Origin: Eledone cirrhosa | Taxonomy: Eukaryota | Length of the DNA stretch: 64,000 bases | NCBI GenBank assembly: GCA_964016885.1 | Contig: OZ024759.1 | Location: 11,284,001 to 11,348,000, forward strand | Direction: 5' to 3' | The notes under the pieces: model-generated | What the model was told of the DNA's origin: nothing | Databases searched by the model: none | What the model saw: only the letters and a program-made list of their open reading frames with translations | Made by a program: the position numbers and the translations under genes | Shown: piece by piece, positions 54,070 to 64,000 of the stretch | How positions within the stretch are numbered: position 1 is the first letter of the stretch | Layout: each line of letters starts with the position of its first letter

Positions 54070-54107
54070 ATCTTCTGATGAGGGACTAGTGTCCGAAACG
54101 TTAAGAT
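54070..54107 (+). ncRNA. Minimal type I hammerhead ribozyme
   Basis: ATCTT-CTGATGA-g-GGAC tagt GTCC-GAAA-CG-TT-AAGAT; palindromic AACGTT replaces stem III. Confidence 0.82.
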
Positions 54108-54335
54108 TCTTTTCCTATTATTTCAAGCATTAAACTAATATATTTCTGAAATCTAGTAGAAATAGCTTTCGCTGTATTTTTGACTAAAGAAATTATGGAG
54201 TTTAAAACCCTCTAAAAAAGGAGAAGGATGATATATATGGGAGTCAAACCCACATCTTTGGTTATCAGTCCACTGTTCTACCATTACACCAATACATCAC
54301 CCATCCCTTTCCATTCAAATTAGAAGCTATATCCA

Positions 54336-54500
54336 TTAGGAAGGGCATCCAGCTGTAGAAAACCCGCCAGACAGTCCTATGCGAGCAAGACAACCACTCT
54401 TGCCTCAAGTGGGAAAACTCCCGTCCAAACCCATGCAAGCGTGGAACATGGACGTTAAACGATGATGATGATGATGATTATGATGATGACGATGATGATC
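54336..54500 (+). mobile_element. RTE-B 3' tail fragment
   Basis: Matches 57680-57830. Confidence 0.85.
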
Positions 54501-54639
54501 CATAGCAAGTATAATGTCAAAGCAAGTTTGTTTTGAAACTATGAAGTTTCTTCATAGTACTGTGTCATTTGCTTTGATATTTCTGTTTAAATATATATAA
54601 GGTTACACACATATATATGTGATCTTATAATTGTGAACA

Positions 54640-55130
54640 CATGTGGTTTAGTGATTAGGGTGTTTAGTTCACAATCATAAATTCACTGTGTCCTTGAACA
54701 AGACACTTTATTTTACTTGCTCCAGTTCACTCAGCTGGAAAAAAAGGAGTTGTAGTTATGATTTAGAGCAGTGATTCTCAACCAGTGTTCCGCGAGATCT
54801 TGCTAAGTGTGCCGTGGAATTTTGAAAGGCACACTGAGAACAAATATATTATATATGAAACAGTTAATAAATATATATGAAAAATATTATTTTTCATATA
54901 TTTTTAGCCAGGTGTGCCGCTATGTTTTCATGTGTTCCAAGGTGTGCTGTTGGCAAAAAAGGGTTGAGAACCACTGATTTAGAGAGTCAGCCTTGTCACA
55001 CTGAATGTCACTGACCACTACATTAAGAGTACACATGTCTGTGGAATGCTCAGCCACTTGCATGTTCATTTCATGAGCAGACTGTGACAAGGAATATAGA
55101 ACTGAAGCCCCTGTCATTAAAACATCCTAG
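54640..55130 (+). mobile_element. Old tRNA-SINE interrupted by a hAT MITE
   Basis: tggtttagtgattagg head, ccttgaacaagacacttt core; continues after 54984. Confidence 0.72.
54769..54976. mobile_element. hAT-type MITE with 8-bp TSD ATTTAGAG
   Basis: TIR cagtgattctcaacc / ggttgagaaccactg; TSD at 54761-54768 and 54977-54984. Confidence 0.92.
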
Positions 55131-55199
55131 AAACTTCCTATGACATGCAAACTTCTAGGAGGTCAGCTAAACCTTCATAGGTGTAAGTTGTATATTTAA

Positions 55200-55390
55200 A
55201 GAACACCTTCGGTCGCCAATAACTTTGGGTTTTGCCCTTAGAAAATTCCCTTCTGAGGCACAAGCTGAGGCATGGTGTTCTTGTGGAAGACCAGCAGTTG
55301 CCCATGATTATCAGGCTCTCCTCTCCGATGTTGTCCAAGAGAAAGACAAAAGCTGATACATCTTGGCACCAGTCATGTCACAACTCATAT
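55200..55390 (-). mobile_element. SINE 3' half (likely source of the ~58-bp fragment arrays)
   Basis: gaagaccagcagttgcccatg...gatacatcttggcaccag...cacaactcat. Confidence 0.65.
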
Positions 55391-56607
55391 ATACACTATG
55401 TGTATTATATATACACTCTATATATTATATATACACTATGTATATTATGTATACACTATGTATATTATATATACACTCTAAATATTATATATACTCTATA
55501 TATTATATATACACTATGTATATTATATACACACTCTATATATTATATATACGCTATGTATATTATATATACACTCTATATTATATATACACTCTATATA
55601 TTATATATACACTCTATATATTATATATACACTATGTATATTATATATACACTCTATATATTATATATACACTCTATATATTATATATACACTATGTATA
55701 TTATGTATACACTATGTATATTATATATACACTCTAAATATTATATACACTCTATATATTATATATACACTATGTATATTATATACACACTCTATATATT
55801 ATATATACGCTATGTATATTATATATACACTCTATATATTATATATACACTCTATATATTATATACACACTCTATATATTATATATACGCTATGTATATT
55901 ATATATACACTATGTATATTATGTATACACTATGTATATTATATATACACTCTAAATATTATATACACTCTATATATTATATATACACTCTATATATTAT
56001 ATATACACTATGTATATTATATATACACTATGTATATTATGTATACACTATGTATATTATATATACACTCTAAATATTATATACACTCTATATATTATAT
56101 ATACACTATGTATATTATAGACACACTCTATATATTATATATACGCTATGTATATTATATATACACTCTATATATTATATATACACTCTATATATTATAT
56201 ACACACTCTATATATTATATATACACTATGTATATTATATATACACTATGTATATTATGTATACACTATGTATATTATATATACACTCTAAATATTATAT
56301 ACACTCTATATATTATATATACACTCTATATATTATATATACACTATGTATATTATATATACACTATGTATATTATGTATACACTATGTATATTATATAT
56401 ACACTCTAAATATTATATACACTCTATATATTATATATACACTATGTATATTATATACACACTCTATATATTATATATACGCTATGTATATTATATATAC
56501 ACTCTATATATTATATATACACTCTATATATTATATACACACTCTATATATTATATATACACTATGTATATTATATATACACTATGTATATTATATATAC
56601 ACTCTAT
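55391..56607. repeat. 20-bp minisatellite (atacactctatatattatat)
   Basis: Direct inspection. Confidence 0.96.
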
Positions 56608-56666
56608 ATGATATTGTTGAAGGGAAAGGCAAGGACTGATATAGCTTGACACCAGTGACATCACAA

Positions 56667-56750
<84 letters not shown>

Positions 56751-57038
56751 TATACTATATATATGTACTAGATATATATAGTATACTGTATATTTTATGT
56801 ATATACACTATGTATGATGTCCAAGGGAAAGGTAAAGACTGATACAGCTTAGTGCCAGTGATGTCACAACTCACATATATATTTTCTCTCTCTCTATATA
56901 TATATATACACTGTATATATTATATATACACTGTATATATTATATAAACACTGTATATATTATATATACACTAGATATAATGTTGTTCAAGGGAAAGGCA
57001 ATGGCTGATGCAGTTTGGCACCACTGTTGTCACAACTC

Positions 57039-57067
<29 letters not shown>

Positions 57068-57072
<5 letters not shown>

Positions 57073-57830
57073 ATAGACGGTAGCCACGGAGTAGGCAGAC
57101 CCAGAAAAACCTGGGACGACCTGATAAACTCCGACCTCACTCCTCTCCAAGACAATGTCACTGGACCGAGACCTTTGGCGGTACTCAGTAATAGAGAAGA
57201 CCCGCCTTACCTAAATACAAAGTAAAACCTACTACAGTCAGTAGGCATCTCTATCAAAACACACCCCCGTCCCACCACCCCCACCCCATCCACACCACCC
57301 CTTTCAATGTAAAGTTATGTTGGTGCCACAACATCCAGTCCGAAACAAATGAGGTCGTGTAGGTGTCACGACAAAAAAACACACAGTCCACGCTGTAATG
57401 TGGCCGTGTAGGCAACACGGTAAAAACCTCCCAGACCCACACTGTAAATGTGGTTGGTGTTAGGAAGGGCATCCAGCTGTAGAAAACCCGCCAGACAGTC
57501 CACGCTGTAATGTGGCCGTGTAGGCAACACGGTAAAAACCTCCCAGACCCACACTGTAAATGTGGTTGGTGTTAGGAAGGGCATCCAGCTGTAGAAAACC
57601 CGCCAGACAGTCCACGCTGTAATGTGGCCGTGTAGGCAACACGGTAAAAACCTCCCAGTCCACTCTGTAAATGTGGTTGGTGTTAGGAAGGGCATCCAGC
57701 TGTAGAAAACCCGCCAGACAGTCCTATGCGAGCAAGACAACCACTCTTGCCTCAAGTGGGAAAACTCCCATCCAAACCCATGCAAGCGTGGAACATGGCC
57801 GTTAAACGATGATGATGATGATGATGATGA
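57068..57830 (+). mobile_element. RTE-B LINE 3' end with a triplicated ~112-bp UTR segment
   Basis: IKIDGSHGVGRPRKTWDDLIN...; (GAT)n tail. Confidence 0.92.
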
Positions 57831-58264
57831 TATATATATATATATATATATACACTGTTTATATTATATATACACTATATACTATCAGTGGCAAAAGGTA
57901 ACCTGGAAAGCAGGGCATGCAGTCCAATCGCCATGGCAGAAAGTGGGGCTGTGCAGCCTTACCCCATCCCTCCCAATTCCCTCTAAATGACCCTCCCAGT
58001 CAAAGCCGCATGTAGTGTTATCTAGTGTGTGTGTGTGTGTTATTTTTTTTTGTGTCTACGTTTTAGTAAGCAGCCAACATTCTGCTTGCTTCAACTGACG
58101 CAATTGGTCAACTCAAGATTCTATAACACATGCACTGCATGCATTGCATGCACGACCCTTCGCTTCTGTATACTATATATACACTGTGTATTATACACTA
58201 TATATGATGTTTTCCAAGGGAAAGGTAAAAACCTATACATCTTGGTACCAGTGATGTCACAACT

Positions 58265-58300
<36 letters not shown>

Positions 58301-58426
58301 GTAGGAGGTGAGTTTTATTGTAGTACAATAAAGCAATGCAGATATCGGATAAGAAGCACTCTACAGTCTGTAGGACTGGAGTATAAATAATATATAAGAT
58401 CAAAAGATGGTTAAAAGAGTTCCATG

Positions 58427-58508
58427 TATTTTATTATGCGCATTTCAAAAACAAATATCATCATGCAATCATCATGCAATAACATTTGCGTTTTCGTCAG
58501 ATAAAATA
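58427..58508 (-). ncRNA. Type I hammerhead ribozyme (11-nt duplication in loop II)
   Basis: Reverse complement of 58649-58719. Confidence 0.8.
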
Positions 58509-58648
58509 GGGAGACATGATATGAAGGTTAAAACACACTTGTGAATAGTGCAGTTTTAAATCAACATATATGATTTAAATCAACATAATATGTTGATTTA
58601 AAACTGCACTATTCACAAGTGTGTTTTAACCTTCATATCATGTCTCCC

Positions 58649-58719
58649 TATTTTATCTGACGAAGACGCAAATGTTATTGCATGATGATATTTGTTTTTG
58701 AAATGCGCATAATAAAATA
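58649..58719 (+). ncRNA. Type I hammerhead ribozyme
   Basis: TATTTTAT-CTGACGA-long stem II-GAAA-TGCGCA-TA-ATAAAATA; palindrome ATGCGCAT. Confidence 0.85.
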
Positions 58720-59029
58720 CATGGAACTCCTTTAACCATCTTTTGATCTTATATTATATATATGTATATATATATATACACTATATATAATGTTGTCCAA
58801 GAGAAAGGCAATGGCTGATACAGTTTGGCACCAGTGACGCCACAACTCATTTTTTTCATTCTGACTTTTCAGTAAAATGTCAGACTGACTGGATGGTCAC
58901 AGCTGGAACCTTTCATTACCATGTTGTTATATGACAACCACTTTCCTCTTTGGCAAAGCCCCAACTAACCTTTTCAGGTTTCACCTGCCTTTCTACCATT
59001 TTGTTGACAGGTGGGTAAGAGAGGTGAGC

Positions 59030-59313
59030 ATTGTCTGAGTATTCACCTGTAAATTGGAGGAGTACAACTGAGAGAGGGCACTAGCCCTAGCGGTCAGGGT
59101 TACCATGGCTTTTGTGGGATTTCTCCACAAGTGACCCTCGGAGGTTTCCCCATGTTTGGGGAAAATTTGTTATGTTTTGATTTTTTTAAAATGTTTATTT
59201 TTTTAGTCTTCTTTATAAACCTTTCTCTCACACAAACTCCCCGTCCTGTACTGTCTTTATTGTCCTCTTAATGTAAGCCCTGTGTGGTTAATAAAGAAAC
59301 CATTATTATTATT
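59030..59313 (+). mobile_element. LINE 3' UTR fragment (clade uncertain)
   Basis: tgtggttaataaagaaa followed by (ATT)n; the same end lies inverted at ~33705-33775. Confidence 0.55.
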
Positions 59314-60403
59314 ATAGAAAGCTACCATCAAGCTGGAGTACAATAATGTTTAACAGTAATACATCGTTTACAAAAGATATGACTGTAGGATGTTTTCGCT
59401 TTCGTTCTATTGATTGTCCATGCTAAACTTTCCAAAACTAATTCATTCTAACTTTCTCATTGTATCAAATGAAAATGTGTCTATTGTTACCATAAAAATT
59501 CCTTGAGGTTCATCTTTTAATGAAGCCATTATGGCATTCATCAGAATTGTTTCCAATTTTGACACATAAATAATATATATTTGTCTTCTAATCCATTTTG
59601 TTCTGGGATGATGATATAAAGTTTGTCTTTGAAGCAGTTGAAAATGGTTCCTTTCATCAATAGAAATTACATCATAATGTTGTCCAAATTCCAAGTTCCT
59701 TCCAGAAATTGGTTAACTTCCGATTTACCAGAATTTATAGACAGAAATCTTTAAACCTTTTGTTAGCATATTTCTAATGATAGGCTCTGCCTTTGAATTT
59801 TGAAAGTTATTTGAAAATAATCAAGAATTTGAAGTGATTTAGTAACATAACTAAATAATAATAATGTTTGAATTCTGTGTTCTGAATTACTTCCAGAAAT
59901 TGGTTAAGTTTCTGTTTATATTATGGATATTATTTCATAACCAGAATTTCAAGAGAGAAATCTTTTAACCCTCTTGTTACCATATTTCTAATGAAAGCAA
60001 GAATTTTAAGGGATTTAGTAATATCACATTGTCATGATTAAGCTGGTATTTGGAACATAGCTAGGTTCTTAGATAAAATTATGATTTTTAGATAAATGTA
60101 AACACTTTAACCCTTTCAAATAGTTTGGAAATAATCAAGAACTTAAAGTGATTTAGTTATATTACCCTCACCAACCCACACTTGGGTTGTGGGAGTACAG
60201 CAATTGTGGGCGTACAGCCACGCTCCTGGTATGACCAAAACCAAACAGTGGCAGTCAACCAGGGAAGGGTTCTTCCAACAGAAGTGAGAAGGCCCTAGAT
60301 TGGATTGGAGTATTATAACTTTCTCAATATCAAATTGGTGTGTGGAACATAACTTAACAAAGGTTCTAACCTAAATCATGATGGATTTTTTTTTTGTTAT
60401 CTA

Positions 60404-61077
60404 TCTATATTTATAAAACTGAGGATGTCTGTCTGTGTGTGTGAGAGTTTGAATCCCTAAAACTCGAGAGCCACCCAATCGACTGTTTTCAAACTTTACA
60501 CATGTAATACTTGTGTTTCAGGGAGTGTTCTGAAAAAAAAAATTTCAAATTTTCAATGTCCTAGGGACCGCATTGGGCGATTTAGCGATCTTTCTCTATA
60601 ATTCTTAGTCTTTCTCTTTGTAGATAGATACATACATATAATGTCGCGTCCTTATAATCTGTCTGTATGTCTGGTTGTCTGCATTACGTCACTTCCCTGA
60701 GGATGTCTGTCTGTGTGCGTGTGTCTGTGAGTTTGAATCCCTAAAACTCGAGCGCCCGCATTAGGTGAAAAACTGCGTTTTTTCAGGTTTTTAGGGGTTT
60801 TTTGAGGCGTTACGTCTAGCTGATTTTCCCGAAATTTCAAGACATATTATGCATATACAAAAAATTCATTTTCTTGATCCCCTAGGGCCCACATTAGGTG
60901 AAAACCTGCATTTTTCCTGCTTCATCGAGGAAAATCTTAAAGATTATCCAGCCATCAGAGTATTTGGTTTATTTTCTTTACATATTGTCCAGGCATGCAG
61001 TTTTTCCACGATTAGGTCTGTTGGGGGCCCGCGTTCCAAAATACCTTATCCTGTGCAACGCCGGGTACCACTGCTAG
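60404..61077 (+). mobile_element. Non-autonomous Helitron
   Basis: 5' a|TCTATA, subterminal hairpin atcctg-tgcaacgc-cgggt, 3' CTAG|t; no TSD; internal duplication of the 5' segment. Confidence 0.8.
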
Positions 61078-61211
61078 TAATTCCTATTTCTATTATTAAC
61101 AACAGACTTAGGTCAGCCCAGACCATAAAAGTGATGTTGGGTTGACAAAAACTGGACAGGTGGACTATATCATACTGGATCTTCCTGAGAACTACTCAAC
61201 TACTTGGTAAT

Positions 61212-61410
61212 ATAATTGGTTTTACTTTAGGCACAAGGCCAGCAATTATCCCAGTGTATTACTGGTACTTTATTTTATCGACCCCCGTAAAGATGAAAGG
61301 CAAAGTTAACCTCTGCGGGATTTGAACTCGGACCATAAAGGGCCGTAACTCTTTGCTACAAGGCATGGCATGGCATCCGACCCTCTACCGACACTGCCAA
61401 TCCACCGCCT
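61212..61410 (-). mobile_element. SINE family B, full length
   Basis: Reverse complement of 30471-30665. Confidence 0.9.
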
Positions 61411-61535
61411 ACTTGTTAATATAATGAGTGGCTATTTCCGTTAATTAAACAATTGGAACACCCATTGTTGAAACTGACAGACCAGATTTATTTACCATAT
61501 ATACTTCAGTATAACCCCCTCCCCCACATAATGCA

Positions 61536-61572
<37 letters not shown>

Positions 61573-61588
61573 TATATTTATACGTCTT

Positions 61589-61933
61589 TGGAGGCACATG
61601 GCTTAGTGGTTAGAGCATTGGCCTTGCAATCGAAAGGTTGTGAGTTCAATTCTCAGACCGGGTGATGTGTTGTTTCCTTGAGCAAGACACTTTATTTCAC
61701 ATTGCTCCAGTTTACTCAGCTGTAGAAATGAGATGATAGGGACTGGGGTCCCTATCCTTCCACTGCAAAGTGGTCGTGGAGGCGCCACGGCAAAAAAGCA
61801 CCCAGCACTCACTGTAAATGAGGTTGGTGTTAGGAAGGGCATCCAGCTGTAGAGATCAAGCCAGAATCAGTTCCTGTCCCACCCTTGCAAGCAGGGAAAA
61901 GCGGACGTAAAATGAAATGAAATGAAATGAAAT
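61589..61933 (+). mobile_element. SINE family A, full length
   Basis: Matches 15682-16024; (GAAAT)n tail. Confidence 0.94.
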
Positions 61934-62225
61934 GCATATATGTACACACTGCCCATATATATATACACATGCACACATACACATGTATATACACACACAC
62001 ATATATACACACACATATATATATATACACATAAATTATGTACAATCACGTATATACATACATACACACATATACATACATATGTATGTGTATATATATA
62101 TATTGAAACTTGCCACCTAAGGAAACCTCTTGTTGAGTCAAACAATGCCGTATGCTAAAACTATCGGAGTATTCACAGCCTATAACTGGATTACCTATAA
62201 CGATATTTTGTTATCCCTTATATAT

Positions 62226-62526
62226 ATCATCATCATCATCATTTTACGTCCGCTTTTCCCTGCTTGCAAGGGTGGGACGGGAACTGATTCTGGCTTGATT
62301 TCTACAGCTGGATGCCCTTCCTAACACCAACCTCATTTACAGTGAGTGCTGGGTGCTTTTTTGCCGTGCACCTCCACGACCACTTTACAGTGGAATGATA
62401 GGGACCCCAGTCCCTATCATCTCATTTCTACAGCTGAGTAAACTGGAGCAATGTGAAATAAAGTGTCTTGCTCAAGGAAACAACACATCGCCCGGTCTGA
62501 GAATTGAACTCACAACCTTTCGATTG
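62226..62526 (-). mobile_element. SINE family A, head truncated
   Basis: Matches 7200-7508. Confidence 0.92.
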
Positions 62527-62636
62527 GGGTTTTTTTCCGGGGTGGGGAAAAGGTTGTTTGTCGGACAAGTCTGGAATGCGTCTTTCGCTGTTTGTTGTTT
62601 TGAATATCTGAGGTATTCGGCATATATATATATATA

Positions 62637-62827
62637 TATAGGAACGAGTAGGACCCCGACGGCTGAGCTCAAGCCGTTTCGACTGCTAATTCTGTAGTCC
62701 AGAATTAGCTGTCGAAACGGCTTGAGCTCAGCTGTCGGGGTCCTACTCGTTCCTATTGCCCACTCTACTACCCTAAGTATTGAGTACTTTGGTGCGTTAT
62801 GGTCCACCTGGTTCCTTACCACATTTC

Positions 62828-62832
<5 letters not shown>
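62637..62832 (+). mobile_element. Fold-back Penelope-like terminus with half hammerhead
   Basis: Arms 62637-62693 and 62700-62756; GAAA-CGGC-ttgagctca-GCTG-TC-GGGGTC; hairpin 62762-62785. Confidence 0.78.
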
Positions 62833-62865
<33 letters not shown>

Positions 62866-62882
62866 TATATATATATATATAT

Positions 62883-63072
62883 AACAAAGGAATTGTGGTA
62901 AGGAACCCGATGGACCATAACGCACCAGAGTACTCAATACTTAGGGTAGTAGAGTGGGTAATAGGAAAAAATATGACCCCGACGGCAGAGCTCAAGCCGT
63001 TTCGCCAGCTATTTCTGGCCCAGAAATAGCCGTCAAAACGGCTTGAGCTCTGCCGTCGGGGTCATACTTTTT

Positions 63073-63076
<4 letters not shown>
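62883..63076 (-). mobile_element. Second copy of the same family, tail-to-tail
   Basis: Diverged reverse complement of 62637-62832 with its own internal palindrome. Confidence 0.78.
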
Positions 63077-63130
<54 letters not shown>

Positions 63131-63134
<4 letters not shown>

Positions 63135-63190
63135 GATTTCCTTTGAATGAAACAGTTTTAGTCCTGTAGAAGCCATTTCTATATTATATA
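63131..63190 (+). mobile_element. Hammerhead-bearing fragment of the 51594 family
   Basis: tgagga-tttc cttt gaat-gaaa-cag...ctg-ta-gaag between TA tracts. Confidence 0.65.
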
Positions 63191-63230
63191 TATATATATA
63201 TAATGAAGGCGTATATATATATATATATAG

Positions 63231-63447
63231 TGAAGGCGTGTGGCTGAGTGGTTAGAGAATTTGATTCGCAGTCTTGAGGTTGTAAGTTCGATTCCTGGAC
63301 CAGGCGATGCGTTATGTCCTTGAGCAAGACACTTTATTTCACGTTGCTCCTTCTACCTGGAGTTGCGACCAATAGATAGTACTAGCAACTGGAAAGACCG
63401 ACGGAAACATTGTTTCCTCGGTCAGATTTGACGAAAGTCGATTGATC
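63231..63447 (+). mobile_element. SINE family C, full length
   Basis: gaaggcgtgtggctgagtggttagag head, B-box aagttcgattcc. Confidence 0.9.
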
Positions 63448-64000
63448 TTTTATATATATAATTTGTTATTGCTTTCTGAACCACATCTGTATATTCTTCT
63501 TAATGTTTCGTAAAATATTCCGTCTTGTTGCATTGGTTGACGACAAGCACCAGCCATTCTCTTGCTAACAGTCGTTCAATAAGTTATTTTTATGTCACCT
63601 CCTCAGAAACGTTGCGTTAAAAGGGAGAAGCTGAAATCAATAGAATTTAACTTTCAGTTTAGAAGGTGGCATAAGAAACACATTGCATACATAAAATATT
63701 TACATGTCCAACATGTTACCTCTTGTCTATTCCTGTCCAACTCCTATCATGTCAGGTCCGCCTCTCCATGCTTGGATGGCTCTCATGGGACTGGTGCCTA
63801 CTCACGTTGTCATCATCATCGCTGTCATCTTAAGGCTGCTTGTCATCATCATCATCATCATCATCATCATCGTTGTCATCATCATCATCTTACGGGGTCA
63901 TCTTTAGGCTGATTGTCATCATTACTGAAGTCATCATCATCTTACGGGGTCATCTTTAGGCTGATTGTCATCATTACTGAAGTCATCATCATCATCTTAC

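Larger units (their letters stand above)
58299..58757 (-). mobile_element. Fold-back Penelope-like terminus (arms ~58391-58569 and ~58589-58755)
   Basis: ~170-bp near-perfect inverted arms, a hammerhead in each, hairpin 58357-58383 on minus, (TA)n flanks. Confidence 0.82.

Noticed and set aside
62104-62220. TA-embedded island as another hammerhead element
   Set aside because: Only a weak version of the 3' hairpin and no ribozyme core; insufficient support

Overview
Eukaryotic, AT-rich, extremely repeat-dense DNA. The tRNA-derived SINE families, RTE/CR1 LINEs and microsatellite load resemble an octopod cephalopod genome (inference). I see no intact recognisable host gene, rRNA/tRNA gene or CRISPR, and nearly all long ORFs in the track are microsatellite artefacts. 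Contents: several SINE families; 5'-truncated RTE and CR1 LINEs; a full-length decayed DD37D/maT transposon (16027-17292); piggyBac-, mariner-, Tigger- and hAT-type MITEs; a non-autonomous Helitron; many tandem arrays amplified from internal pieces of these TEs; and small unique islands that may be exons of a minus-strand transcript. The most notable signal is a set of about 14 short (60-460 bp) non-coding elements, mostly embedded in (TA)n tracts and belonging to several divergent sequence families. They share parts of one architecture: an inverted (fold-back) arm, a type I hammerhead ribozyme, and a covarying 3' hairpin with a 2-nt bulge (RCTC...NN-GAGY). They are best read as Penelope-like retroelement termini or retrozyme-like derivatives. 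Structures were folded by eye and repeat boundaries are approximate.
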